A stretch of 64,000 nucleotides of DNA from Gammaproteobacteria bacterium (GCA_045106935.1 JBGCFN010000005.1:17732-81731), one strand, 5' to 3'. Positions 28,930-39,361 are shown, numbered from the stretch's first letter. Numbers and translations are program-made. Notes: generated by a model from the sequence alone, not told the origin.

Positions 28930-30546
28930 ATGAAACTTAAATTTAGTACAAGTGGATTGTTGCTACTCGCGTTGGGCCTATCTTTTAGCTCAGTGCAAGC
29001 AAGTGACAGCTACGATTGTGATTATGATTTGCGTGATGGAGCGTTTTTCTACAACGCAAATAACCCAGCCACCGACGGTAATGGAAATGCACAGCAAAAT
29101 GAGCTGCTCGTATTCCTTCGAAACGCTGACGGTACCCTAGATCCTAATATTCAAACGCATCGTGTTAATTCTGGTGGTTATGGTAACCAAGCAGGTATTG
29201 TGACTTCTGGTCAAAATGCTGTTTACCACACAGGTGAAGGTGATGATCAATACGTGTTTATGATCAATGCTGGATTCAATCCTGTGGCAAAACCAAGACG
29301 CCTTGGTTATGGCAAGCACTGGAATAAAAAACGACTTGATAGAAACGGTAGTGTTTCAGCATTTAAAGTCAACAAGTGTGATGTTGTTAGAACAAGTGTT
29401 CGATCAACTCGTGGTCAAGAGCCTCGTGCAGTCACTCGTCATGGAAACTTAGTCTATGTCGTGAATGCTGGTTCTGGTGAAGTTGAGTTCAACGGATGCC
29501 CAGGCTTACCTGAAGGATTTTTACCTCCAACAGGACAAGTTTGTGGAGAACGTGCAGAAATTTCAGAAGATAATAAAGATCCACAAAGTATCACTGGCTA
29601 TAGATTCAGAAATGGTAAATTACGCTATATCCGTGGTTCTAATATAAACTCAGCTGATGCTGATGGTGATCCAGTACAGCTTTCATTCATCAATGAAGGT
29701 CGTCAACTTCTAGTCGCTAACCGTAATACTTTCTTTGCGTTAGGTGATGGAACTGAGGCTGATGAAATTGAAGTTCACAATATCGACAAAAGAGGTCGTC
29801 CAAGTTACCCAGTTGTTAGTACAACCACTGGTAATGATAACTTTGGTTTCTCTGTCTATCCACGTGATGGTGATGACTACAATGATTGCGTCATGATGAC
29901 TCATGGTAGTTTCCAACAACGTGATCAAGGTGGTGCGTCAGTATTCACTATTAATAAACGTGCTGAAAAAGTACGTATCATTCCAAATAAGGCTGATGGC
30001 GGATCTGACACGTGTTGGACTGCGATTTCTGCAAAGACAAACACGCTATACACATCAGCGTTTTTTGATTCAGAAATTTCTATTCGTGGAATCAATCCTG
30101 AAACATGTAACCTAACTGATGGTGGACCACCAGTCGTTGTTGTTGATGGTGTACCACAATTCACAGGACCATTAGCAAACATCAGACATAGAGTGTCTAG
30201 CTCTGGTGCTAATTTTGATGGCACACCTCGTGGTGATGACATCTCACTTAGAACTGACCAAAGAGACTTCTTGTATGAAGCAGGTGGACTTGATCTTGCT
30301 GTATCTAAAGCAGGTGAGGAAGAGTACTTGTATGCGATTTGGGCACCTGTGCCTTTCTACGTAGATCGTGATGGTGATGGAAACTTCTTGTACCCGAATA
30401 CAACTCAAATCACAGTATTCCGTGTTATTCAGGACTGTGATGGTGTTGATTCAATGTACGAAGATGGTTGCCGTCCAGGTGATCTGGAGTTAGTACAGCG
30501 TGTACCTGGTTTACCAGGAAGTGGTTACGGAGCTGCGGCTCAGTAA
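28930..30546 (+). CDS. secreted protein, probably a 7-bladed beta-propeller (lactonase-like fold); function unknown
   Basis: Signal peptide MKLKFSTSGLLLLALGLSFSSVQA. Repeated propeller-like strands (LVYVVNAGSGEV, LLVANRNTFF, LYTSAFFDSEISIRGI, YLYAIWAPVPFYVD). Confidence 0.45.
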   Translation: MKLKFSTSGLLLLALGLSFSSVQASDSYDCDYDLRDGAFFYNANNPATDGNGNAQQNELLVFLRNADGTLDPNIQTHRVNSGGYGNQAGIVTSGQNAVYHTGEGDDQYVFMINAGFNPVAKPRRLGYGKHWNKKRLDRNGSVSAFKVNKCDVVRTSVRSTRGQEPRAVTRHGNLVYVVNAGSGEVEFNGCPGLPEGFLPPTGQVCGERAEISEDNKDPQSITGYRFRNGKLRYIRGSNINSADADGDPVQLSFINEGRQLLVANRNTFFALGDGTEADEIEVHNIDKRGRPSYPVVSTTTGNDNFGFSVYPRDGDDYNDCVMMTHGSFQQRDQGGASVFTINKRAEKVRIIPNKADGGSDTCWTAISAKTNTLYTSAFFDSEISIRGINPETCNLTDGGPPVVVVDGVPQFTGPLANIRHRVSSSGANFDGTPRGDDISLRTDQRDFLYEAGGLDLAVSKAGEEEYLYAIWAPVPFYVDRDGDGNFLYPNTTQITVFRVIQDCDGVDSMYEDGCRPGDLELVQRVPGLPGSGYGAAAQ

Positions 30547-30589
30547 GTCACTGTTAAAGTATACTTTTTAAGCTATACTGATGGATAAT

Positions 30590-30635
30590 CGCAGGCAGAT
30601 AAAGAACACATCTACCTGCGGTTCTCTTCAAAATT
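30590..30635 (+). terminator. 11-bp stem hairpin with one mismatch (cgcaggcagat/atctacctgcg) followed by a T-rich tract. Either a partial terminator or a regulatory hairpin between the two ANTAR-downstream genes.
   Basis: Direct reading of 30590-30620 plus gttctcttcaaaattttg. Confidence 0.4.
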
Positions 30636-30724
30636 TTGTCAGTGTTTTTTTATTAATAGAGCGCCAAAACCATTCGCACTCTAGAAAGAACGACTGACAA
30701 ATCCTCGGCTGTTAATCTTTTTCT

Positions 30725-32467
30725 TTGCCTAATCAACGCATGGAGAAGAAACGTTTAGCCAATTTTAAAATTGGGAGATATAAAGTGAAACAGCACTTTA
30801 CTAGTAAAAAGCAACCAAACTGGTTGGTATTAGCCCTAAGCGCGACACTAGTTGGCGCATCATCATTTGCATCAGCAAGTGATCCAGGTGCAGATATTGA
30901 CTATTCACATTTAACACCACAACTCATTAAAGAGACTGACGGAACTGCGTTTAGCTCAGACTTTTTTAATCGAAATGGTAATGGTCCGGCATTAGATGCA
31001 AACATCACTGAAGATGATTTCAGTAAATTAAGCTTGACTGAAATTCGTCAAATCGGTGTGCGTATGTATACCACGCCTTTCCGTCGTGCTGATGGATATG
31101 GTGACGGTCCTGGTATTAATACCGCTATCCTAGATGACGGAACACCAGCGCTTAACATTCCTGATCTAGGCCCTACAGGACGCCCAACCTTACAAGGTAA
31201 CGGCACATGGTTACGAATGAACGGTTTAGATTCGCAAACATGTTTAGAGTGTCATGGTGTTGTTGATAACTCTGTTGTTCCTGCGCAGTTAGGTGTCGGT
31301 GGTCAAGCCGGTATTGGTGGTTCACCATTCTTCAGATCAAAAACTGCTGATATAGATGACTCAGGTAATCAGTCATTTGGTGGTGGTGATCTTACAGGTG
31401 CAGGCATCGGTGATGCGATTGGTATTGCAGCATTTGACGGACGTTCAATTAACCCGCCAGCCAACTTCGGTTTAGGTGGTGTTGAGTTAGTTGGTCAAGA
31501 AATCACTGAGCGTTTACAAAAAATTCGTGAACGTGCTGGTGGTACTTGTGAAGAAGGTGGTAGAGATGTGAAGCTAAGAGCGAAAGGCATCGACTTCGGA
31601 ACTAACTGTAACCCTGAAGGTGTGGATGGCGACTTAGAAATTCGTCCATTTGGCCGTAAAGGTGAATTTGCGACTGTTCGTGGGTTTGATGAAGGTGCGT
31701 TAGCATTCCATCAAGGTATGCAAGATGCAACAATCTTTGAAGGTGATGCTGATGGTGATGGTGTCTCAGATGAGATTACTAGTGCGCAAGCACGTGCATT
31801 CCACGTATTCATGACAACACAAGAGCGTCCAGTTCAGAAGAAGCGAACAAGACAAGCTCGTCGTGGCTTTAGATTGTTTAATGACGTGGGTTGTGCAGGA
31901 TGTCATGTTCCATTCTTAGATACTGAATCTCCAGTACTAGAATATACTGACCCAGAAAGCGAAGAAGTTTACTTCAGTGCGGATCTTTCCAAAGGTGTAT
32001 CAAACTTTGAGAAAAATCGTTGGGGTGGTATTCGTGTTCGTGCACACTCAGATTACAAGCGTCACAACATGGGCTACCGTTTGAAAGAAACAGCTCATTT
32101 CTTAAACGATCCTGAAGGCGAAAATGCATGTCAAGATGAAGTGGCTGGATCAGAAATCGACAACTGTAACTTTATTACAATGAAGTTATGGGGTGTTGCT
32201 GACTCTGCACCGTACTTGCATGATGGTCGTGCGTTATCATTATTTGAAGCCGTAGCTTTACACGGTGGAGAAGCGCAAGATGTTCGTGATCGTTTCTTGA
32301 AACTTGGCAAAAATGGACAAAATGCAATCTTTGCTTACTTGGGAACACTGAAGCATCCTGAAGATCCAAACCAGGATGTAGCTAACCAAGTTCAGTTAGA
32401 TCCAATTGCAAGAAGCCAGGATCAACGTCCTATACCTAGAAGAAAGTACGATTACTATAAGCACTAA
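30725..32467 (+). CDS. secreted di-haem cytochrome c peroxidase-like / DUF1111-type oxidoreductase (likely true start ATG 30740)
   Basis: Two CxxCH motifs (CLECH, CAGCH), a signal peptide, and a C-terminal LWGVADSAPYLHDGRALSLFEAVALHGGEA motif of DUF1111-type di-haem proteins. Confidence 0.65.
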   Translation: MPNQRMEKKRLANFKIGRYKVKQHFTSKKQPNWLVLALSATLVGASSFASASDPGADIDYSHLTPQLIKETDGTAFSSDFFNRNGNGPALDANITEDDFSKLSLTEIRQIGVRMYTTPFRRADGYGDGPGINTAILDDGTPALNIPDLGPTGRPTLQGNGTWLRMNGLDSQTCLECHGVVDNSVVPAQLGVGGQAGIGGSPFFRSKTADIDDSGNQSFGGGDLTGAGIGDAIGIAAFDGRSINPPANFGLGGVELVGQEITERLQKIRERAGGTCEEGGRDVKLRAKGIDFGTNCNPEGVDGDLEIRPFGRKGEFATVRGFDEGALAFHQGMQDATIFEGDADGDGVSDEITSAQARAFHVFMTTQERPVQKKRTRQARRGFRLFNDVGCAGCHVPFLDTESPVLEYTDPESEEVYFSADLSKGVSNFEKNRWGGIRVRAHSDYKRHNMGYRLKETAHFLNDPEGENACQDEVAGSEIDNCNFITMKLWGVADSAPYLHDGRALSLFEAVALHGGEAQDVRDRFLKLGKNGQNAIFAYLGTLKHPEDPNQDVANQVQLDPIARSQDQRPIPRRKYDYYKH

Positions 32468-32492
32468 AAGCTAATAGTAATAAGTTAGATCA

Positions 32493-32530
32493 AAGCCGAG
32501 AAGCTAGTATTATTTCTCGGCTTTTTTTTT
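32493..32530 (+). terminator. rho-independent terminator
   Basis: Perfect 10-bp stem aagccgagaa/ttctcggctt, an 11-nt loop, then T9. Confidence 0.8.
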
Positions 32531-32555
32531 ATAAAATAGTTTATAATGATCAATA

Positions 32556-33233
32556 ATGAAAAAAAATATTTATATAGTCAGTGCGTTAATATTGATTGTA
32601 GCTGCGATAGCTAGTTTTTACGCTTATACCCACCACTGTAAACATCAGCTGCGTGAAGTTGACCGCTATGCATTACCCACCGTTGTATCATTCATGAAAG
32701 CATTGAGTGATTGGGAACTAGAAAAGCTCAGACCTTACTTATCAGATGAATATATTAACGCGATATCAGAAGAAGAATGGGCGTCTGTGTTAGAAGAACT
32801 ATCTGTGTTAGGTGAATTGAAATCATTTGCGCGACCTAACTTTGTCTCTCACACACCGTATTTGAGATATAAATTATGGCCTTCTGCGGTTGACATGTAT
32901 TCCGTTGCCAGTGAATTTGAAAACGATAATGCGGTTGTTAGAATATTTTTTGATAACAACTGTGCAAAATTAAAAATCAGTTCATTTGTTGTGACATCAA
33001 AATCAATCGTAACAACCCCAGATTATTTAGAAGAAATAGAAAACGACAGCAAAGAAGATGAAATATTAGATAATTTGAATGAAGACGAGTTGGATGAAGA
33101 TTTAGATTCGCTATATGAGCAAAATCAAAAAGAGACGCCTATCGATGAGCTCGAAGAAAATGTCAGTAGCGAGATCAAAGAAAAAGTAACTGAGAAAAAA
33201 ACTAAACAGCATGGAAAGGCATATAGGTATTAA
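32556..33233 (+). CDS. hypothetical membrane-anchored protein with acidic C-terminal region
   Basis: N-terminal TM and an E/D-rich tail. No recognisable domain. Confidence 0.4.
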   Translation: MKKNIYIVSALILIVAAIASFYAYTHHCKHQLREVDRYALPTVVSFMKALSDWELEKLRPYLSDEYINAISEEEWASVLEELSVLGELKSFARPNFVSHTPYLRYKLWPSAVDMYSVASEFENDNAVVRIFFDNNCAKLKISSFVVTSKSIVTTPDYLEEIENDSKEDEILDNLNEDELDEDLDSLYEQNQKETPIDELEENVSSEIKEKVTEKKTKQHGKAYRY

Positions 33234-33236
33234 GCA

Positions 33237-33593
33237 ATGATCAGAATGTTTAAAATTATCATTAACCATAAGATATTGCTGATGATGCTTTTGATTTTGG
33301 TGTCAGGGTGCCATGATTCTGGCGAACCATGGCGAATTACGGTTGGCTTAGATAAACCGAAAAAATTGGTATTTATAGATGGTGATGAAGCACGTGAAGT
33401 ACGGGTCTGTCTAGATAAGCAAGGTGGATCAGGATACCCAACACGAGTGGTAGCTAGATTTGATGACAAAAAATACACGCCAATGTTACCTGGCCAATGT
33501 ATGTTTTTTGTGGGTAAACATGTGTCAGTATCTTTTCCTAATCCATCATCAGGAAAATTTGCTGAAGGTACCTATACTATAATTCAAAAATAA
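33237..33593 (+). CDS. small hypothetical lipoprotein
   Basis: Lipobox LVSGC, 118 aa. Confidence 0.4.
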   Translation: MIRMFKIIINHKILLMMLLILVSGCHDSGEPWRITVGLDKPKKLVFIDGDEAREVRVCLDKQGGSGYPTRVVARFDDKKYTPMLPGQCMFFVGKHVSVSFPNPSSGKFAEGTYTIIQK

Positions 33594-33639
33594 TGTTGTT
33601 CTAATTTAAGAAACAAGTGTTATTCAGGAGAGGATAGAG

Positions 33640-35787
33640 GTGCAAGCCGCAACACTACTAGTCTCCAATAAAAACAGTTATCAATCATATCTAGCTGCAA
33701 TGATTGTATTGGCACTGGCGTGCCATTTTGCAGTCTTAATCAGTGCGCAATTCACATTCATTTCAATTCATGTTTCATTATTCGATATAGCCACAGGTGT
33801 GGCTGTTGGTGGCTTAGTAGTTTATGGATTAAAATATTGGCCAGCTGTTTTTCTTGGTGTGGCATCAGGTCTCATGCTGCAAGAAGAATCATTGCTATTG
33901 GCGTGTGCAATTGCTTCAGGTATAACACTGGAAGCAGTACTGGCTGGGTATTTTTTGCGAATATACTTACACCAACACTATAGCTTGGACTATATTCCAG
34001 AATTATTAAGCTATTTCCTAATTACAGGAATAGTGGCAATTATAGTTGGTGCTACTTATATTAGTTTAGTGTTAATGCTGTTTTATAATATTACATTCAA
34101 CGATATTGGCTTTATATGGTTGAATGCAAGTTTGGGTAAAGTGACTGGCGTGGCTGTCATTGCACCATTTGTGATGGTGTGGAGCCAAAAGTTTACTGAT
34201 ACTTTGTCATGGAAAAAAATTATCGAATTACTCTGTCTCTATACAATATTGATTGTATGTGGTGGCATCATATTTTTTGGTTGGTTCGATTCAAGTATTA
34301 AAGGCTATTCTCGCTATCCGCTTGCTTATTTGTTTTTTCCTATACTTGCCTGGGCAGCGTTTAGGTTCGGTCAGCGTGTATCCACAGCGAGTACGATCAT
34401 TATTACTACATTTGCTTTGTGGAGTTTGGCTAATTACTTGGGGCCATTTTCAAGGGACTCAATATATGAAAGTCATTTTTTAACGTGGTTGTGTATTAAT
34501 GTTGCCTCAATATTGTCAATGATACTCGCTGCAGATATTACGCAATGTAAAAAGGTCCGGATTGCACTACAGACGAGTGATGAACGTCTTGCATTAGCGA
34601 CAAGTGGATCTCAAGATGGATTATGGGACTGGATGGATGTGACTAACGATAAGATGTGGTGGTCACCTAATTTTCATGAATTGATAGATTATAAAGAAGA
34701 TGAAATCGAATCTTCACATACACAGCTGACTAATATAATGCATCCGGATGATCGAGAGATGCATTTCAAAGCACTTGAAGCACATCTCAATAATAATCAA
34801 CCTTACAATATTGATTATAGAATTCAAACAAAATCTCAAGGTTATCGCTGGTTTCATGCAAAAGCTGAAGTCACTTATGATGAAAAGACCACTTCAAGAA
34901 GAATGGCTGGTTCTATTATTGATATCGATGATCGAAAAATTGCTCAAAATGAGATTGTCTCATTAAATAAGAATCTTGAAAAACGTGTGCAAACTCGAAC
35001 TAATGAACTTCAAGAAATTAACGATAATCTTCACTGTGAAATTGAAGAAAGAATTAAAGCAGAGCAAGAGATTGTAAAATTGCAAAATGATCTGATTCGT
35101 ATGAGTCGAGTGTCAACGATGGGTGAAATGGCGTCTGCGCTTGCTCATGAATTACATCAACCACTAATGGCAATTGTCAATTATTCTCAATCTGCTTTGT
35201 TAGATTTATCGGAGTCAAAAAAACAAAATACTAATGCAATCGATGATGTAAAAATAATCTCTCAGCAAGCTCTGCGAGGAGGAGAAATCATTCGCAGAAT
35301 GAAAGAGTTTGCTATACGCGGTGAAGTATCAAAAGAGCGCGTTGATTTGAATGAATTGATTGATGAGTTAAGGCCGCTATTTGATATCGAGGTCGCAGAA
35401 AATAACATTGACTTGACGATTAAGTTGTTTGCAGATGAACTTATTGTATTAGTTAACCATGTTCAAATGCAGCAAGTTGTTAGTAATCTTGTGCGAAATA
35501 GTATTGAAGCGATGAAAAATAATACTGGAAGAAAAGTGTTATTAATCAAATTATATAGATTAAATGATGAGTTTGCTGCGATTGAAATTATTGATAATGG
35601 ATGCGGTATTAATTCTGATATTAAAAATAAAATGTATGATTCATTCTACACAACTAAATCTACCGGTTTAGGCTTAGGTTTGTCGATAAGTGAAAAAATT
35701 GTAAAAGCGCATCATGGTCAATTAACATTATTTGATAATACTCGTGGGGCAACGGCACGTGTGTGCCTAAAATTGATTCATGAATAA
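33640..35787 (+). CDS. membrane sensor histidine kinase (polytopic MASE1-like N-terminus, PAS/PAC, HisKA, HATPase)
   Basis: Multiple TMs, a PAS region with WDW, H-box MGEMASALAHELHQPL and a G-box IEIIDNGCGI. Confidence 0.8.
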   Translation: MQAATLLVSNKNSYQSYLAAMIVLALACHFAVLISAQFTFISIHVSLFDIATGVAVGGLVVYGLKYWPAVFLGVASGLMLQEESLLLACAIASGITLEAVLAGYFLRIYLHQHYSLDYIPELLSYFLITGIVAIIVGATYISLVLMLFYNITFNDIGFIWLNASLGKVTGVAVIAPFVMVWSQKFTDTLSWKKIIELLCLYTILIVCGGIIFFGWFDSSIKGYSRYPLAYLFFPILAWAAFRFGQRVSTASTIIITTFALWSLANYLGPFSRDSIYESHFLTWLCINVASILSMILAADITQCKKVRIALQTSDERLALATSGSQDGLWDWMDVTNDKMWWSPNFHELIDYKEDEIESSHTQLTNIMHPDDREMHFKALEAHLNNNQPYNIDYRIQTKSQGYRWFHAKAEVTYDEKTTSRRMAGSIIDIDDRKIAQNEIVSLNKNLEKRVQTRTNELQEINDNLHCEIEERIKAEQEIVKLQNDLIRMSRVSTMGEMASALAHELHQPLMAIVNYSQSALLDLSESKKQNTNAIDDVKIISQQALRGGEIIRRMKEFAIRGEVSKERVDLNELIDELRPLFDIEVAENNIDLTIKLFADELIVLVNHVQMQQVVSNLVRNSIEAMKNNTGRKVLLIKLYRLNDEFAAIEIIDNGCGINSDIKNKMYDSFYTTKSTGLGLGLSISEKIVKAHHGQLTLFDNTRGATARVCLKLIHE

Positions 35788-36139
35788 TGAAATAAATTAC
35801 CAAAATCATATTCATCTTGTTGATGATGATAGGGTTGTTGCTCATTCATTAACTAGAATATTAAATAAACATGGCTATCATGTTGAGGTGTTTAATTCGG
35901 CTGAGCAGTACTTGGAAATGTTAGATGATGACTATGATGGCTATCTTCTACTTGATTATAAAATGAGCGGTATGTCAGGGTTGGATCTACAAGAACAATT
36001 ATTACAAAAAAATGTGAATCCAAGAATTATATTTATTACAGCGATGGGCGAGCAAATTGAACAACGCGCATTAAAAAATGGAGCGCTGAGAGTCTTTGAT
36101 AAACCATTTGATCTGAATGAACTGATAGAAATTCTTTGA
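35780..36139 (+). CDS. stand-alone receiver-domain response regulator (no output domain)
   Basis: 119 aa, IHLVDDDRVVAHSL...LLLDYKMSGMSGLDL...IFITAMG...FDKPF. Overlaps the kinase stop. Confidence 0.7.
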   Translation: MNNEINYQNHIHLVDDDRVVAHSLTRILNKHGYHVEVFNSAEQYLEMLDDDYDGYLLLDYKMSGMSGLDLQEQLLQKNVNPRIIFITAMGEQIEQRALKNGALRVFDKPFDLNELIEIL

Positions 36140-36359
36140 TTAAAAGCCTACATCTTTGCTATGAAATTCAATGGCTTGTATTCATTAATTATGCTGATGC
36201 TAATCAAGGCGAGTTGAATCTTATTCTGTTGTAAACTCTAACTCATCCATTACCAAAATCTATCAAAATAGTTTTATATATCATATATACCCTAAAGCTA
36301 TTAAAGTAACGTTTTTAATATATTCAATATTATCCAAAATTAATTAACTGGATGAAATT

Positions 36360-37985
36360 TTGACAGACGATATCGATTTTCCCACAGGGTTTAAAGTGCT
36401 AAACAGTGCTTCATTAAATAAAGGTACTGCTTTTACCACTGAAGAGCGTGATAAATATAAGTTGCATGGTTTATTACCGCCAACTATTAATTCACCTGAA
36501 GCTCAATTAGATCGTGCTTTGCAAAACATGCGACGTAAATACTACGATATTGAGCGATATGTTTTTTTGAAATCACTTCAAGGTAGAAATGAACGTCTTT
36601 TCTACCAATTAGTCATGAACAATATTGAAGAAGTTATGCCGCTTATTTACACGCCTACTGTCGGTCAAGCGTGTAAAGAGTTTGGTCGTTTGTTTAGGCG
36701 TCCAAGAGGCATGTATCTTTCTTTGCATGAAAAAGGCCGAATAAAGCAAGTGATGGAAAATTGGCCATACAAAGATATTCGAGTCATTGTAGTGACAGAT
36801 GGTGAACGTATTCTAGGTCTAGGAGACCTGGGTGCAAATGGAATGGGTATTTCTATTGGCAAGCTCGCTTTATATGTTGCATGCGCCGGTATTCATCCGT
36901 CTCAATGTTTACCAGTTATGTTGGATGTTGGCACAAATAATGAAGAGTATCTAAATGATGATCTTTATCTTGGAATACATCAAAAGCGCAGCACAGGTGA
37001 TGAGTATTATGATTTCGTTGATGAATTTATTCAGGTCTCAAGGCAGCTTTATCCAAATGTGCTTATACAATTTGAGGATTTTTTAACGCCGCGTGCTTAT
37101 TCATTAATGAATAAATATAAGCATAAAACTTTATGCTTTAATGATGATATTCAAGGAACAGCAGGTGTTGCCTTAGCAGGTGTATATGCAAGTACACGTA
37201 TTTCTAAAGTTTCATTTTCTGATTTACGCATACTATTTTTAGGTGCAGGGTCAGCCGCAACTGGAATTGCTGATTTAATTTGTTATGCATTGCAAAAAGA
37301 AGGCTTAACTGAGTTACAAGCGAGGCAACGACTGTGGTTTATTGATAGAGCCGGACTTTTAGTCAATGGTCGAGATAATATCAGCGAGCATAATTTGCCA
37401 TATTTACAGAATCAAGCCGAGCAATCATTTTCAGAAGCGATTGAGAACTTTAAACCTCATGTATTAATCGGTGCAACAGGTTCACCAGGCTCGTTTTCCC
37501 AAGAAATAATTGAGCAGATGAGTCGAATTAATGCTCGGCCTGCAATTTTTGCTTTATCCAATCCTACTTCGCATGCAGAGTGTACTGCAGAACAGGCTTA
37601 TCAATGGTCAAATGGCAATGCAATATTTTCAAGTGGAAGTCCGTTCGATATGGTGGAGTATAAAGAGAAGACTCTTAAGCCAGGACAGGGAAATAATGCC
37701 TATATATTCCCAGGAATTGGTCTAGGAGTAGTTGCTTGTCAAGCAAAGTTAATTGATGATGATATGTTCTTAGTGGCAGCAAGAGAATTGGCTGCACAAG
37801 TGAGTGAATCTGATTTGAGCTCTGGTGCATTGTATCCCCCATTAAATAATATTCGTGAGATATCATCCAATATTGCTGAAGCTGTTATAAATTATGCATA
37901 TGATAACGATTTAGCAACATTGCAGCCTAAGCCTGATAATATTAAAAAGTTTTTATCAGATTATATGTATGATCCTACCTATTAA
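36360..37985 (+). CDS. maeA: NAD-dependent malic enzyme (TTG start)
   Basis: Malic-enzyme signatures VYTPTVG, GLGDLGANGMGISIGKLALYVACAGI and FNDDIQGTAGVALAG, 541 aa. Confidence 0.85.
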   Translation: MTDDIDFPTGFKVLNSASLNKGTAFTTEERDKYKLHGLLPPTINSPEAQLDRALQNMRRKYYDIERYVFLKSLQGRNERLFYQLVMNNIEEVMPLIYTPTVGQACKEFGRLFRRPRGMYLSLHEKGRIKQVMENWPYKDIRVIVVTDGERILGLGDLGANGMGISIGKLALYVACAGIHPSQCLPVMLDVGTNNEEYLNDDLYLGIHQKRSTGDEYYDFVDEFIQVSRQLYPNVLIQFEDFLTPRAYSLMNKYKHKTLCFNDDIQGTAGVALAGVYASTRISKVSFSDLRILFLGAGSAATGIADLICYALQKEGLTELQARQRLWFIDRAGLLVNGRDNISEHNLPYLQNQAEQSFSEAIENFKPHVLIGATGSPGSFSQEIIEQMSRINARPAIFALSNPTSHAECTAEQAYQWSNGNAIFSSGSPFDMVEYKEKTLKPGQGNNAYIFPGIGLGVVACQAKLIDDDMFLVAARELAAQVSESDLSSGALYPPLNNIREISSNIAEAVINYAYDNDLATLQPKPDNIKKFLSDYMYDPTY

Positions 37986-38001
37986 AATCTGGTCTTGAGT
38001 T

Positions 38002-38988
38002 ATGAAAATAATTGAAGTTATCACTGATGAAGGTCATGTTGATACAATTTTGGGAATTGCTGAACAATTAGATGTAGCAGATTGTTGGCGCTACCCATTA
38101 GCTGGTGATGATAGGCATGTTGTTCGTATGCTAGTGCCTAATGAATTGATTCAGTCAGTTTTAGATACATCTCAAAAAACAATTAGTGCCACTGATGGTT
38201 CTAGGATTGTAGTGATGCCAGTCGAAGCGACAATGCCTCGAGTTGAAAATTCAGATAAAGCAAAATCTTCATCAAAGAATTCGACATCTAGAGAAGAGCT
38301 TTATCAGTCGATTGAGCGTAATGCTCGTATTAATCAAAATTATATTTTACTTGTTGTGCTCTCGACTATTGTAGCTGCAGTTGGGATGTTAGAAGATAGT
38401 ATAGCTGTTGTGATAGGGGCTATGGTAATTGCTCCATTGCTTGGCCCAAATATAGCTCTGGCATTTGGCACAGTATTGGGTGATGGCAAGCTTATGCTGA
38501 GAGCATTAACTGCATTGTTAGTAGGTGTTGTCATCGCAATACTGACTTCTTTTTCAATTTCTCAGTTATATCCAATAGAAGAATTTAGTAAAGAACTTTC
38601 AGCAAGAACTATTGTAGGATTTGGTTCCGCTGTCATGGCATTTGCCTCAGGTGCGGCGGCTGCATTATCGATGACGACAGGATTATCTACAGTATTGGTA
38701 GGTGTTATGGTTGCTGTTGCGATTTTGCCACCCACAGCAGCGCTTGGTTTGATGCTGGGATACCAGCAGTATTCATTAGCATTAGGTGCGTTTATATTAC
38801 TTGCTGTGAATATAGTCTGTATCAATTTGTCAGCTAATATTGTATTTGCATTTAAGGGTATAAACCCTCGTACGACAGGTGAAAAACGTAAAGCAAAGAA
38901 ATCTACACGAATCTATTTATTGGTATGGTTAATACTGTTGGCTTCACTTCTCATCGTGCTCCTGGACTTTAAATTAAAAGGTGTCTGA
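38002..38988 (+). CDS. DUF389-family membrane protein
   Basis: Soluble N-terminal domain followed by a hydrophobic Gly/Ala-rich multi-TM region typical of DUF389/TIGR00341. Assigned from general resemblance only. Confidence 0.45.
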   Translation: MKIIEVITDEGHVDTILGIAEQLDVADCWRYPLAGDDRHVVRMLVPNELIQSVLDTSQKTISATDGSRIVVMPVEATMPRVENSDKAKSSSKNSTSREELYQSIERNARINQNYILLVVLSTIVAAVGMLEDSIAVVIGAMVIAPLLGPNIALAFGTVLGDGKLMLRALTALLVGVVIAILTSFSISQLYPIEEFSKELSARTIVGFGSAVMAFASGAAAALSMTTGLSTVLVGVMVAVAILPPTAALGLMLGYQQYSLALGAFILLAVNIVCINLSANIVFAFKGINPRTTGEKRKAKKSTRIYLLVWLILLASLLIVLLDFKLKGV

Positions 38989-39361
38989 GTTGGAACTGCA
39001 AAAAAACGTCTACGGAGACGATTTAAAAGAATGTGGCTGTGATCCAATGACTGGGTTTTTTCGTGATGGATTATGTAGCACAGATGCTGATGATATAGGG
39101 TCACATACAGTATGTGTTCAGATGACTGATTCATTTCTTCAATATTCGAAAGCTCAAGGGAATGACTTAACCACTCCGGTGCCTGAATTTAATTTTCCAG
39201 GTTTATGTGCTGGAGATAGGTGGTGTGTCTGTGCGCAACGCTGGAAAGAAGCTTATAAAGAGGGGGTCGCACCTAAAATAATATTATTAGCAACAAATCA
39301 AAAGGTGTTAGACATTATACCGTTGGAAATATTAAAGCAGTATGCAATAGATTTATCATAG
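38981..39361 (+). CDS. small Cys-rich conserved hypothetical protein (DUF2237-like)
   Basis: 126 aa with multiple Cys (CGCDP, GLCSTD, CVQM, GLCAGDRWCVCAQRW). Overlaps its neighbours on both sides. Confidence 0.35.
   Translation: MSELELQKNVYGDDLKECGCDPMTGFFRDGLCSTDADDIGSHTVCVQMTDSFLQYSKAQGNDLTTPVPEFNFPGLCAGDRWCVCAQRWKEAYKEGVAPKIILLATNQKVLDIIPLEILKQYAIDLS

Noticed and set aside
29137-30242. Several 60-105 aa ORFs antisense or overlapping within the propeller gene
   Set aside because: They are embedded in a 538-aa ORF with a signal peptide and repeated propeller strands. They show no motifs of their own.
28930-32467. Secreted proteins as PEP-CTERM exosortase substrates
   Set aside because: Their C-termini (...GSGYGAAAQ and ...RRKYDYYKH) lack the PEP motif, TM helix and basic tail pattern.
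36360-36362. TTG start of malic enzyme flagged as possible mis-start
   Set aside because: The protein begins with the expected malic-enzyme N-terminal region and no in-frame ATG lies upstream, so the TTG start is accepted.
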